This document shows, in pieces, positions 46,534 through 56,525 of a stretch of DNA of 64,000 bases (position 1 is the first letter of the stretch; every line of letters starts with the position of its first letter). A model generated the notes under the pieces. It was not told the DNA's origin. It did no database searches and saw only the letters and a program-made list of their open reading frames with translations. The DNA comes from an uncultured Flavobacteriales bacterium (GTDB lineage: Bacteria; Bacteroidota; Bacteroidia; Flavobacteriales_E; Vicingaceae). The stretch lies in contig CAJXMH010000003.1 in NCBI GenBank assembly GCA_913056345.1, positions 38,694 through 102,693 on the forward strand. Direction: 5' to 3'. The position numbers and the translations under genes are program-made.

Positions 46534-47532
46534 TTGCCAAAGATAGGAAATATCGATTTGGGTGAATTCCCACTTTTACTTGCCCCCATGGAGGATGTAA
46601 GTGATCCGCCTTTTCGCGCTTTATGCAAAGAGCAGGGAGCAGACCTCATGTATACGGAGTTTATTTCTTCAGAAGGCTTGATTCGAGATGCAGCCAAAAG
46701 TGTTCAAAAATTAGACATATTTGAATACGAAAGACCTATTGGCATTCAGATCTTCGGGAATGAGATCGAATCAATGAAGCAGGCTACTGAAGTAACAGAG
46801 AAGGCCCAACCTGATATAATCGACATCAATTACGGTTGTCCGGTTAAGAAAGTTGCCTGCAAAGGAGCAGGGGCAGGCATTCTGCAAGACATTCCCAAAA
46901 TGGTCGCCATGACGGCGGAAATTGTAAAGTCTACTAATTTGCCAGTTACCGTTAAAACCCGATTAGGGTGGGATGAGGATACCAAATACATTGTTGAAGT
47001 GGCTGAACGATTACAGGATGTTGGCATAAAAGCTATTTCGATTCACGGGCGCACACGCAAGCAGATGTACAAGGGTGAGGCAGACTGGACACTAATCGGA
47101 GAGGTAAAAAACAACCCACGTATTCACATTCCTGTATTTGGGAATGGAGACGTTTATACGCCTGAAATAGCAGTAGAAAAGAAAAAGAAGTACGGAGTGG
47201 ATGGGGTAATGATTGGTAGGGCAAGTATTGGATATCCGTGGATATTTAGAGAGATTAAGCACTTTATGAAAACCGGGGAGCACCTGCCTGCGCCAACCAT
47301 GAAGGAGCGAATTGAAGCCGCTGAAAGGCATTTAGAAATGTCTGTAAAGTGGAAAGGCGAGCGGTTAGGAGTACTCGAAATGCGAAGGCATTATTCCAAT
47401 TACTTCAAGGGTATTCCGCATTTTAAAGACTACCGCATGAAGTTGGTGACGCATGATGACTATACAGCGCTACAAGATGTTTTTGGCGAGATCAAGCAAG
47501 CCTTTGATGAAGATCTGGTATCGGTAATATAG
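46534..47532 (+). CDS. dusB: tRNA-dihydrouridine synthase
   Basis: The protein has the motifs LLLAPMEDVSDPPFR, INYGCPVKKV and SIHGRTRKQMY. The track ORF starts at 46312 but overlaps the CPBP gene on the opposite strand. The in-frame TTG at 46534 (LPKIGNIDLGEFPLLLAPM) gives a typical ~332-aa Dus. Confidence 0.88.
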   Translation: MPKIGNIDLGEFPLLLAPMEDVSDPPFRALCKEQGADLMYTEFISSEGLIRDAAKSVQKLDIFEYERPIGIQIFGNEIESMKQATEVTEKAQPDIIDINYGCPVKKVACKGAGAGILQDIPKMVAMTAEIVKSTNLPVTVKTRLGWDEDTKYIVEVAERLQDVGIKAISIHGRTRKQMYKGEADWTLIGEVKNNPRIHIPVFGNGDVYTPEIAVEKKKKYGVDGVMIGRASIGYPWIFREIKHFMKTGEHLPAPTMKERIEAAERHLEMSVKWKGERLGVLEMRRHYSNYFKGIPHFKDYRMKLVTHDDYTALQDVFGEIKQAFDEDLVSVI

Positions 47533-47603
47533 GCCTAACATTAACTTAACAGCGTTCTTAAATAAGGTTCGTTTATTTAATTGCAAATTAGATTGCTCAA
47601 TAA

Positions 47604-48458
47604 ATGAATTTCCGTTTCGCTAAGCTTTTAGCTCTGTCTGTCGTAGTAGCATGTTCGCTTTTTTTGTCCTCCTGCTACAGTTATAAGCCAGGGTACATTA
47701 ATTCCCATCAATTTAAAAAGAAAGGAGAAGTCAACTTAGGGACCAATTTTGGAAATAATATCGGGGCTTTTGCATCGTATAATCCAATAGATCGACTAGC
47801 AATTTTAGCAGATGTAAGCACTAGCTTAAGTGTCTCTAGTGGAGATAATCCAATAGAACGAAATACAATTTACGATAGAATCTATTACAATCAAGATGGT
47901 TTAGTAGATTCAACCTATTCTTACCGAGACTATTCAATTGGCGGGGCAGTAGGAAGCTATTGGAGCTACAATAACAAGGTTTACCACGATTTTTATCTAG
48001 GTTTTGCATCTGGTAGCGCTAGTGCAATTGACTTTCCGCTAAACTTTTTTTATCCTTTTGAAGAAGATGAGACAAGGGTTGAGGCTTTTCAAGCAGGCTT
48101 CAACAATTTTTATGCACAGAGTTCAATCAAGTTCGATCTTTCAAGTGCTGTAAGTTTAAGCCTAGATGCTAAAATGAATTTTCTTACGTTTAATGCAATA
48201 GAATATATTTCTTCCGTTCCTAAAGGAAAACAGATAGAAGAGGAAAGTATTGAAGACTACTTTTCTCCAGATCAACGGATTGCGACTCAACTCGGTACAA
48301 CTTTAAATTTTGAAATTGACGATGTTAGAGGATTTGCCCAATTCCAACTAGGCGTATCTGATGGGTTTCAAAATGATTTTTTTTCAGTTCGTCCGTTAAG
48401 TCTATTTGTAGGCTTTTCTATTCCACTGCATCAATATTGGAGATCATCAGAAAACTAA
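47604..48458 (+). CDS. hypothetical lipoprotein / outer-membrane protein
   Basis: 284 aa with signal plus lipobox-like LFLSSCYS. It is S/Y/F/N-rich with strand-like periodicity. Confidence 0.55.
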   Translation: MNFRFAKLLALSVVVACSLFLSSCYSYKPGYINSHQFKKKGEVNLGTNFGNNIGAFASYNPIDRLAILADVSTSLSVSSGDNPIERNTIYDRIYYNQDGLVDSTYSYRDYSIGGAVGSYWSYNNKVYHDFYLGFASGSASAIDFPLNFFYPFEEDETRVEAFQAGFNNFYAQSSIKFDLSSAVSLSLDAKMNFLTFNAIEYISSVPKGKQIEEESIEDYFSPDQRIATQLGTTLNFEIDDVRGFAQFQLGVSDGFQNDFFSVRPLSLFVGFSIPLHQYWRSSEN

Positions 48459-49660
48459 GCTTCAACCTTCGTAAGGTTTTTAACCGGAAACCATGAGGTG
48501 AGAAAACCGATCACCAATACTGTCACAAGGATATAAAGCATCTCTATTGCTCTGACTTCAACAGGATAAAACTCAACAATTCCACCTTGCAGCCTTATTA
48601 AGCCTACTGTTTGCTGCAACCAACAGACTAGTATCCCCAAGAGCATGCCACTTAGCGCTCCACTAAGGTTGATCATCAGTCCTTCAATGAAAAAAATGTT
48701 TCTGACCAAGGCATTATTTGCGCCTAAACTCTTGAGCGTGTTAATGTCTTTTTTCTTCTCAAGGATCAACATACTTAAAGAGGAAAGAATGTTGAAAGCA
48801 GCTATGATTAGGATAAAAACGAGAATCATAAAAATCACCCATTTTTCCGTTTTATTGGTTTTATAAATCAGAGCGTTAAACTCATAACGGCTGGTCACCT
48901 TAAAATCTTCTCCAAGAAAAGTGGCTAATCGATCTTTTAGCTCTTTAAGCGAAGTGTTTTCTTCTGCTTTTACCTCAATTGAAGTGATTTCGTCTTCATA
49001 GCGCAGTAAATCTTTAGCAAAACCTATTGGCACAAGCACATACTTATTATCATATTCAGGGCTAATGTAAAAAACGCCTCCAGGCGCAATCATTTTTCGG
49101 TAAACCGAATTCATGGGATTGATGGTAGAACGGATCTTGCGTTTAGGGGCGTAAATAGTAAGGTTTTCAGGTGATTTAGTCATGTAAAGCCCAAGAGAAG
49201 AAGCCAATCCATAACCTGTAAGGGCAAAGGGAATTCCATTTCGGATCAAAGCGCTTTCTCCATCGATCAAAGCACTGTCAATTTTGCTCATAGCCAAAAA
49301 ACTGGCATCTACCCCTTTAATAGAAGCAATTGCCTCATTTTTTTTAAACCTCAAACCTACTACCTCTTCAACCACTCTGGTATAGTTAGCAACTCCTTCA
49401 ATTTCTGTTAGTTTGTCAAATTCTATGTTATTCTCTGCGAAAACTTTTCCGCTTTTTGCCTCTATTCGAATGTCAGAGTCAAAGGATTCAAACAAGGATT
49501 CTACCAAGCCTTCTAAACCATTAAAGGCAGAAAGGACTACTACCAAAGCAAAAGTTCCAATGCCAACACTGATCACCGATACCCATGAAATAATATTCAC
49601 GGCATGGTGTGATTTTTTAGCGATCAGGTAACGTTTGGCAATGTAAAAAGGAAGCTTCAC
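48455..49660 (-). CDS. FtsX-like ABC transporter permease (LolC/LolE lipoprotein-release type)
   Basis: 401 aa with N-terminal FYIAKRYLIAKKSHHAVNIISWVSVISV, a large periplasmic loop and a C-terminal FtsX 3-TM bundle. Confidence 0.85.
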   Translation of the reverse strand: MKLPFYIAKRYLIAKKSHHAVNIISWVSVISVGIGTFALVVVLSAFNGLEGLVESLFESFDSDIRIEAKSGKVFAENNIEFDKLTEIEGVANYTRVVEEVVGLRFKKNEAIASIKGVDASFLAMSKIDSALIDGESALIRNGIPFALTGYGLASSLGLYMTKSPENLTIYAPKRKIRSTINPMNSVYRKMIAPGGVFYISPEYDNKYVLVPIGFAKDLLRYEDEITSIEVKAEENTSLKELKDRLATFLGEDFKVTSRYEFNALIYKTNKTEKWVIFMILVFILIIAAFNILSSLSMLILEKKKDINTLKSLGANNALVRNIFFIEGLMINLSGALSGMLLGILVCWLQQTVGLIRLQGGIVEFYPVEVRAIEMLYILVTVLVIGFLTSWFPVKNLTKVEA

Positions 49661-49663
49661 GGC

Positions 49664-49999
49664 TTATTTGAGTAGCTGATCGATCTCCTCAGCGTAATCA
49701 AAGGAATCGTCGAGGTAAAAATGAAGTTCAGGAATATGTCGTAGTTGTTTTCCTACTTTTCTACCCAAAACGTAGCGTACTTCACTTGCTTGAGACTGCA
49801 AGGCTTCAATAGCTTCTTGCTTGTCGTCAACCGGAAAAATACTGACATAGAGTTTAGCGATACCCAGATCAGGCGTAACGCGGCATTGGGTTATGGAGAT
49901 CATACTCCCTCGCAAGACGTTTACTTCATTTCTTGAAAAGATCTCACCGATTTCTTTTTGCAGTAATCGGGCAATTTTTTGTTGACGTATGGATTCCAT
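49664..49999 (-). CDS. rbfA: ribosome-binding factor A
   Basis: 111 aa with RQQKIARLLQKEIGEIF, ISITQCRVTPDLGIAKLYVS and HIPELHFYLD. Confidence 0.93.
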   Translation of the reverse strand: MESIRQQKIARLLQKEIGEIFSRNEVNVLRGSMISITQCRVTPDLGIAKLYVSIFPVDDKQEAIEALQSQASEVRYVLGRKVGKQLRHIPELHFYLDDSFDYAEEIDQLLK

Positions 50000-50051
50000 A
50001 GAAACAAAGTTAAGCTTTTAGCCTTGCTTCTTGAGTGAAAGAAGTAGATGT

Positions 50052-50624
50052 CTAAAAGCTCTTAGCAATTCCTACTCCATGCACCCAAGTATCGTAACCA
50101 TCTAATTTGTAATCGTACACTAGGTTAACCAATACCTCAAAGTGATTAGGAAGTCCAAAATTACCTTCCGCCCCTAGTCGAACCAAATTAAAATCTTCTA
50201 CCGGTTCAAACTCCCGTCCAAATCCTAACGTAAATCCAAAGTGATCTCTAAAATGATAGGTAGATACCAAACAAATTAAGAATGGATAATCTCTGCTTAT
50301 GGAGCGATTGTCATTGTTGACAGTTGTTTGAACTACAAAGTCTTCAACAATTATATCGTTGTGAAGACCAATTGAGAAGTGTTCTGATAAGCGATAGTTG
50401 TAGTCAATAGCGTAGGAAGGAAGCGCCCACCAAGCTTGTTTGCCATTTTGAAACCCTTGGCTTATATGAGAGTGCCCAATTAAAACTGCAATACTGTGTT
50501 TTCGATCTTTAGGTTCTTGCACCGCAATAGAATCAGAAAAACTTTGATGAGTCTGAGCTTTTAGCAAAAGTTGAATAAAGAAGGTAAGAAAGAGAGGGAG
50601 AACGTATTTGGTTGGAATTGGCAT
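50052..50624 (-). CDS. small outer-membrane beta-barrel-like protein (hypothetical)
   Basis: 190 aa with a signal peptide (LPLFLTFFIQLLLKAQT), alternating aromatic/hydrophilic strands and a C-terminal Phe. Confidence 0.5.
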   Translation of the reverse strand: MPIPTKYVLPLFLTFFIQLLLKAQTHQSFSDSIAVQEPKDRKHSIAVLIGHSHISQGFQNGKQAWWALPSYAIDYNYRLSEHFSIGLHNDIIVEDFVVQTTVNNDNRSISRDYPFLICLVSTYHFRDHFGFTLGFGREFEPVEDFNLVRLGAEGNFGLPNHFEVLVNLVYDYKLDGYDTWVHGVGIAKSF

Positions 50625-50756
50625 TGCCCTGATTGTTATAGCTTAAAGTTCAAATTTAGCTCCTTACTACAAGTCGAGCCCACATATTATGAACATTAAC
50701 ATCTATTTAAGACTTGCCCCTCAATTTCACTAACTTCGCAAAAATCTATTTCCACT

Positions 50757-51707
50757 ATGAAAATTAGCGGTTTCAGTTTCGGTCGAAACGTTTCAAAGCT
50801 GTATTATCCCATCAAAGAATCTATTCTTTCGATTTTACCCATTTGCGATGAGTTTATCTTCGTTTTAGGAAAGGGCGATGAAGATGATAATACCCGTGAG
50901 ATTCTAGACACGATTGATTCCCCTAAGCTAAAGATCATTGAAACGGAATGGGATACAGAAGCATTTCCAAATGGTACAGAGAACGCTCATCAGACCGATA
51001 TTGCCATGCAGCATTGTAGCGGCGATTGGTTGTTTTATGTGCAGGCCGATGAGGTAGTGCATGAAAAATACCTGCCGGTGATCAAGGCCCGTTGTGAAGA
51101 GCTACTGGATCAAGAAAAAGTAGAAGGGTTGCTTTTTAGATACCGTCATTTCTTTGGCGATTATGATCACTATGTAGATCATCACGGATGGTACCAGAAT
51201 GAGATCAGAATTGTGCGAAATACTCCAGATGTCCATTCTTTTGAATCTGCTCAATCTTTTCGTAGAATCCCCAACTTTGATGGCAAGAGTTATCGCAAGC
51301 AGGAAGGAACGCATAAACTGAAAGTAGCTCGTGTAGATGCCTACATCTATCATTACGGATGGGTAAGGCCGCCCAAGTATATGCAAAACAAGAAAAAAGC
51401 ACTAGATAGTATTCATAAAGGCGATAAAAAGGCCAATGAAATGCATCAGAGCGCACAAGCTGAGTTCGATTACGGTCCGCTGAAGAAATTATCCATCTTT
51501 ACTGAAACGCATCCTAAGGTAATGGCCGACAAAATGAAGGATTTCGATTGGGCTGATAAATTGAACTACAATAATACAAAGCTGCCAAATCGACCGAAGT
51601 TCAAACATGAAAAAACCAAATATCGATTGATCTCCTTTTTGGAAAGGAATTTGAACGGTGGAAAACACTTTTTCCCCTTTAAGAATTGGGAATTGCTTGA
51701 TCTATAA
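50757..51707 (+). CDS. glycosyltransferase (family 2-like, putative)
   Basis: 316 aa. The N-terminal block ISGFSFGRNVSKLYYPIKESILSILPICDEFIFVLGKGDEDDNT and the later YVQADEV resemble GT-A/GT2-like sugar transferases of Flavobacteriia, recalled by pattern only. Confidence 0.5.
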   Translation: MKISGFSFGRNVSKLYYPIKESILSILPICDEFIFVLGKGDEDDNTREILDTIDSPKLKIIETEWDTEAFPNGTENAHQTDIAMQHCSGDWLFYVQADEVVHEKYLPVIKARCEELLDQEKVEGLLFRYRHFFGDYDHYVDHHGWYQNEIRIVRNTPDVHSFESAQSFRRIPNFDGKSYRKQEGTHKLKVARVDAYIYHYGWVRPPKYMQNKKKALDSIHKGDKKANEMHQSAQAEFDYGPLKKLSIFTETHPKVMADKMKDFDWADKLNYNNTKLPNRPKFKHEKTKYRLISFLERNLNGGKHFFPFKNWELLDL

Positions 51708-51716
51708 TCCAAACCT

Positions 51717-53537
51717 ATGAAGAGTCTTCTCAAGATTGTAAAGTACATAGTTCCCTATAAAACGCTAGCATTTTTAAGCGTTTTCTCGAACATTTTGCAT
51801 GTGATCTTCAATTTGCTATCCATTTTGGCTTTTATTCCTTTTTTGCAATTACTGTTTGGTAATAAAGAAAAAGTGACGGAAGAACCGGACTTTGCTTGGA
51901 CCTCAGATTATGTAACGGATATGTTCAGTTATAAAATGACTCCTTACATCGAACAACATGGAGATTCCGGCGCTCTTTATTTCATCTGCGTGGTAGTAGC
52001 AATACTCTTTTTTCTGAAAAATTTATTCCGATATTTTGCCAAATTCTTTCTCGCTTCTATTCGAAGTGGAGTAGTGCGAGATATACGCAGTCAGGTGTTT
52101 ACGAAAATTTTAGCCTTGCCTCTGAGTTTCTATTCTGAAGAGAAAAAAGGTGATATTATTAGTCGGATCACAGGAGATGTACAAGAGATCGAATGGTCGA
52201 TTATGAATTCACTAGAAATGGTATTTCGCGACCCGATCTCGATTGTTTTGTCTCTAGTGTTTATGATTACCATAAATGCGGAGCTTACGTTATTCTCATT
52301 CATTTTGCTTCCCATTAGTGGTCTCATCATTGGCAGAATTGGAAAAAGCCTCAAGCGAACTTCGGCTAAGCTGCAAATACGGATGGGAGAATTATTATCA
52401 AACGTAGAGGAAACCCTAGGCGGCTTAAGGATCGTGAAAGCCTTTAATGCAGAGCAAGCTTCAGACAAAAAGTTTGGTGGCATCAATGAGATCTACCGCA
52501 ACACGATGTTACGCATGTTTCGTAAACGTGACCTAGCCTCTCCTTTAAGCGAGTTTTTAGGTGCTGTGGTGATGGTAATTTTAGTCTGGTACGGAGGGAA
52601 TATGGTATTAGACCCTGCGGTAGATTTTAATGGAGGCGAGTTTATCGGTTATATTGCTATGTTTTCGCAATTGTTAAGCCCGGCAAAATCACTTTCCACC
52701 GCTTATTATAACATTCAAAAAGGAGCTGCTTCTACCGAACGGATTGAAATGGTGTTGCAGGCGGAAAATAAAATTACCGACAAGCCAAATGCGCTGACTA
52801 TTTCAGATTTTAAGGATAAGATCGAGTATAAGAATCTTGGCTTTGCTTATGAGGAAACGAAAGTGCTTAAGAACATCAATCTAGAAATTCAAAAAGGGAA
52901 GACCATAGCTTTGGTGGGACAATCCGGTGGCGGAAAGTCTACCATGGTTGATCTTTTGCCTCGGTTTTACGATCCCATAGAAGGAGGGATTTTGATTGAT
53001 GGGAAAGACATACGTGATTATAAGATCAAAGACTTGAGAAATTTGATGGGAATCGTCTCTCAGCAGTCCATTTTATTCAACGATTCTGTTTTGAACAACA
53101 TTGCTTTAGGGATCGAAAATGTAGATCGCGAGGCAGTGATTGAAGCGGCGAAGATTGCCAATGCACATGAGTTTATTGAGAAGCTGCCTGAGGGTTACGA
53201 TACAAATATAGGCGATGGTGGCGGAAAGCTCTCCGGAGGTCAACGTCAGCGTTTGAGCATTGCACGGGCAGTGCTTAAAAACCCTCCTATTATGATCTTG
53301 GATGAGGCCACTTCTGCACTAGATACTGAATCGGAAAAGCTAGTGCAAGAAGCACTTTATAAGCTCATGGAAAACCGCACTTCAATTGTGATTGCCCACC
53401 GTTTGTCAACCATTCAGCATGCTGATGAGATCATTGTGATGCAAGATGGAGAGATAGTAGAAAGAGGCAATCACGATAACTTGATTGCTCAAGCAGGGGT
53501 ATATAAGAAGTTGACGGATTTGCAGGCTTTTGCCTAA
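51717..53537 (+). CDS. ABC exporter, fused permease/ATPase (MsbA-like lipid/multidrug exporter)
   Basis: 606 aa with a six-TM N-terminal domain, Walker A GQSGGGKST, signature LSGGQRQR, Walker B ILDEATSALD and H-loop IAHRLST. Confidence 0.9.
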   Translation: MKSLLKIVKYIVPYKTLAFLSVFSNILHVIFNLLSILAFIPFLQLLFGNKEKVTEEPDFAWTSDYVTDMFSYKMTPYIEQHGDSGALYFICVVVAILFFLKNLFRYFAKFFLASIRSGVVRDIRSQVFTKILALPLSFYSEEKKGDIISRITGDVQEIEWSIMNSLEMVFRDPISIVLSLVFMITINAELTLFSFILLPISGLIIGRIGKSLKRTSAKLQIRMGELLSNVEETLGGLRIVKAFNAEQASDKKFGGINEIYRNTMLRMFRKRDLASPLSEFLGAVVMVILVWYGGNMVLDPAVDFNGGEFIGYIAMFSQLLSPAKSLSTAYYNIQKGAASTERIEMVLQAENKITDKPNALTISDFKDKIEYKNLGFAYEETKVLKNINLEIQKGKTIALVGQSGGGKSTMVDLLPRFYDPIEGGILIDGKDIRDYKIKDLRNLMGIVSQQSILFNDSVLNNIALGIENVDREAVIEAAKIANAHEFIEKLPEGYDTNIGDGGGKLSGGQRQRLSIARAVLKNPPIMILDEATSALDTESEKLVQEALYKLMENRTSIVIAHRLSTIQHADEIIVMQDGEIVERGNHDNLIAQAGVYKKLTDLQAFA

Positions 53538-53692
53538 TGATACCCCAATATTATCCTTGAGAGAACATCTTTTGAAATCAAGATTAATTTCTTCATTATA
53601 GATTGTGTCATTTGCTTACAGCTCAAATTAATTCTAAATAGAGCTCAAAATGGAGTTAATTGAGCTACATTTGAATAAAGAATGAGCCACAA

Positions 53693-54736
53693 ATGAGTTT
53701 TAATCTCAATCAACAACAAATACTAAAGACATTAGAGCAAAACAAAAAGCTCTCGTCAAAAGAGATATTTGAGGCGGTAGAGAGTGAAATGAGCTACGCT
53801 ACAGTAAAACGAGTCCTCAAAGAGTTAGTTGAGCAGGAATATGTTTCAATAAGCGGCAAGGGGAAAGCCACAAGGTATTTACTATCACCTCACTTTGGTA
53901 TTCTCTATCCTGTTGATATGAATACTTATTTTCAAAAGGAAATTGATGAGAGAGGTATTTATGAGAGATTTAATTTCAACCTTTTAGAAAAGCTCTTTCC
54001 TAGCTTGGGGCTATTTACTGATAAAGAGATAAAGAAACTGTTTGGGCTTCAGGAAACATTTAAAGGCAAGGTTGCTAATTTAGATTCAGTTGAGTATAAT
54101 ACTGAACTAGAACGACTTGCCATTGATTTAAGTTGGAAATCTTCACAGATTGAAGGAAATACCTATTCACTTTTAGAAACGGAGCAACTATTAAAAGAGA
54201 AAAAAACTGCGGCGGGAAAGACCAAGGATGAAGCCATCATGCTACTTAATCACAAAGAGGCGATAGATTATATTGTTGATGCGAAAAATTACTTTGAGCA
54301 GTTAACAGTGGCTAAAATAGAAGTACTCCATTCCATTTTAGTGAAAGAGTTACCAATCAAGAGGAACTTAAGAAAACGAAAGGTAGGCATTACAGGAACC
54401 AATTATTCCCCTTTAGATAATGAGTTTCAAATAAGAGAAGCGCTAGAGCTTAGTTGTAAATTAATCAATCAACGAAAAAACGCTTTTGAAAAAGCTTTAC
54501 TTTGCTTACTTCTAGTGTCTTACATTCAGCCTTTTAATGATGGTAACAAACGCACCGCTAGAATTTTAAGCAACGCACTCTTATTGCATAATGAAATTTG
54601 CCCGCTCTCTTTTAGAACGGTAGATTCCATTGAATATAAAAAAGCCATGTTAATCTTTTATGAGCAAAATAACATTAGTCCCATGAAGCAAATCTTTATG
54701 GATCAGTTTGAGTTTGCCGTGGAAACTTATTTTTAG
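53693..54736 (+). CDS. Fic/DOC family protein with N-terminal winged-HTH; catalytic His replaced by Gln
   Basis: 347 aa. The wHTH-like N-terminus is ILKTLEQNKKLSSKEIFEAVESEMSYATVKRVLKELVEQEYVS. The inhibitory-helix motif is SSQIEGN, matching (S/T)xxxE(G/N). The Fic core reads QPFNDGNKRTAR (54527-54562) where the canonical motif is HPFxDGNGR, and the codon at 54527-54529 is CAG. Confidence 0.85.
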   Translation: MSFNLNQQQILKTLEQNKKLSSKEIFEAVESEMSYATVKRVLKELVEQEYVSISGKGKATRYLLSPHFGILYPVDMNTYFQKEIDERGIYERFNFNLLEKLFPSLGLFTDKEIKKLFGLQETFKGKVANLDSVEYNTELERLAIDLSWKSSQIEGNTYSLLETEQLLKEKKTAAGKTKDEAIMLLNHKEAIDYIVDAKNYFEQLTVAKIEVLHSILVKELPIKRNLRKRKVGITGTNYSPLDNEFQIREALELSCKLINQRKNAFEKALLCLLLVSYIQPFNDGNKRTARILSNALLLHNEICPLSFRTVDSIEYKKAMLIFYEQNNISPMKQIFMDQFEFAVETYF

Positions 54737-54777
54737 GGTATGTAAGCCTAATCGAGGCAGACAAATTCGCTTCACTA

Positions 54778-55968
54778 CTAATACAACATCCGGTGCGGAT
54801 AGATCTTAAGGTGCAGGTCTTTGATTTGTTTGTAAAGTAAATCCCTTAGTTCTTCATAATGAGTGCGCTTTTGCGCAGAAATAAAGATACATGGGTAGTT
54901 CTCTTTGGCCATCCAGCTCTTTTGTAAGTCTTCCAAACTCATGTTTTCTTTTGTTTCAGGGCTCAAATCATCCTCTTCTTTCTTGGTATAAGTATAGGCA
55001 TCAATCTTATTAAAGATCATGACTGTAGGCTTGTCTTTTGCTCCCATCTCCGCTAGCGTTTCATTAACCGTTTGGATCTGTTCTTCAAAATTCGGGTGAG
55101 AAATATCTACAACGTGCAACAAAATATCTGCTTCACGCACTTCGTCTAAAGTTGATTTAAAAGAATCTACTAAGTGGTGCGGAAGTTTGCGGATAAAGCC
55201 AACCGTATCTGAAAGTAAGAAGGGCAAGTTGCCCACTACAATTTTCCGTACCGTAGTATCAAGGGTAGCAAATAACTTATTTTCGGCAAATACATCTGAT
55301 TTTGAAAGCAGATTCATTAAAGTGGATTTACCCACATTAGTATAACCTACCAAAGCAGCTCGGATCATCTGCTGACGTCCCTTACGCTGGGTGGCTTTTT
55401 GTTTGTCTATCTTCTCTAGTTTGGTCTTCAAGAGGGCAATCTTGTCGCGGATGATCCGTCTATCGGTTTCGATCTCGGTTTCACCCGGGCCCCGCATGCC
55501 AATTCCCCCTTTCTGACGAGATAGGTGAGTCCACATACGGGTTAAGCGAGGGAGAAGATACTCATACTGAGCAAGCTCTACCTGAGTTTTGGCAGCAGCG
55601 GTTCTTGCTCGCTTGGCGAAAATATCAAGGATCAAGTTCGACCGGTCTAATACTTTTACTTCCTTAAAAGAGTTTTCAATGTTACGGGTCTGGGAAGGAC
55701 TCAGTTCATCATCAAAAATCACCATACTGACCTCATGCTTCTTGACGAACTCAATGATCTCTTTGAGCTTTCCAGTGCCAACAAAACTTTTAGGATGAGC
55801 AACTGTCAGCTTTTGAGTGAAACGCTTCACTACTGCTGCGCCTGCAGTTTCTGCTAGAAAGGCTAGCTCATCTAAATATTCCTCAATTTGTTCTTCTGTT
55901 TGCTGTTGGCTAATAACTCCCACCATGACCGCTTTTTCGGTCATTTTCTTTACATGAATTTCTCTCAT
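54778..55968 (-). CDS. hflX: GTPase HflX
   Basis: 396 aa with the HflX N-terminal domain (LAQYEYLLPRLTRMWTHLSRQKGGIGMRGPGETEIETDRR), G1 GYTNVGKST and G3 DTVGF. Confidence 0.95.
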   Translation of the reverse strand: MREIHVKKMTEKAVMVGVISQQQTEEQIEEYLDELAFLAETAGAAVVKRFTQKLTVAHPKSFVGTGKLKEIIEFVKKHEVSMVIFDDELSPSQTRNIENSFKEVKVLDRSNLILDIFAKRARTAAAKTQVELAQYEYLLPRLTRMWTHLSRQKGGIGMRGPGETEIETDRRIIRDKIALLKTKLEKIDKQKATQRKGRQQMIRAALVGYTNVGKSTLMNLLSKSDVFAENKLFATLDTTVRKIVVGNLPFLLSDTVGFIRKLPHHLVDSFKSTLDEVREADILLHVVDISHPNFEEQIQTVNETLAEMGAKDKPTVMIFNKIDAYTYTKKEEDDLSPETKENMSLEDLQKSWMAKENYPCIFISAQKRTHYEELRDLLYKQIKDLHLKIYPHRMLY

Positions 55969-55996
55969 ATTAACCTAAGTATAGTATTCTTTTGCC

Positions 55997-56449
55997 TTAA
56001 AACCAAGGTCTGGCTACAGCCGACCATGGCCATGGAATGGCAGAAAAGATCAGAACCATCGCAAGTAAGAAATAAACTGCTTGGCGTCTAAACTTCGTGC
56101 TATCAGTGGTGGCTTTTTTAGCCATTATTCTACCCAAGGTTATAATGGCAATGCCAATGATCATACTTGAAATGTGCTCTACTGCCCAAAATCTAATGGT
56201 TTCATTTTTCATTACTTCAGCCATACCTGCTTCAAATTGCTTGTTCCAGCCCTTCAAGAAGTAGAGAGCAAGCCCAATTACAAGTTGTAAATGTGCTGAG
56301 ATCAGCAGAAATAGGCTGATCTTATTATCGCCTGAGGTGTATTCTTTCTTGCCAAACCAACCAATAAAAGATTTAACAACTGCCAATATTAAAAGCACTA
56401 CAACAAAGTAGCGTAAGAGGTTATGTAAGTGAAGAAATCCTGTTTCCAT
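55997..56449 (-). CDS. hypothetical 4-TM membrane protein
   Basis: 150 aa with four hydrophobic helices and an N-terminal FLHLHNLLRYFVVVLLILA segment. Confidence 0.6.
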   Translation of the reverse strand: METGFLHLHNLLRYFVVVLLILAVVKSFIGWFGKKEYTSGDNKISLFLLISAHLQLVIGLALYFLKGWNKQFEAGMAEVMKNETIRFWAVEHISSMIIGIAIITLGRIMAKKATTDSTKFRRQAVYFLLAMVLIFSAIPWPWSAVARPWF

Positions 56450-56525
56450 GCTTTATATTTTTGGTAAAAGTAATCAAAAAGCGAACCCGCACTAAAGCTT
56501 ATTGTTTTGCTATTTTTGAGGCTTC

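Noticed and set aside
53651-53697. Mini-ORFs upstream of fic: MELIELHLNKE* and MSHK*, the latter overlapping the fic ATG as ATGA.
   Set aside because: Such short frames arise by chance in AT-rich leaders, and nothing supports leader-peptide function.
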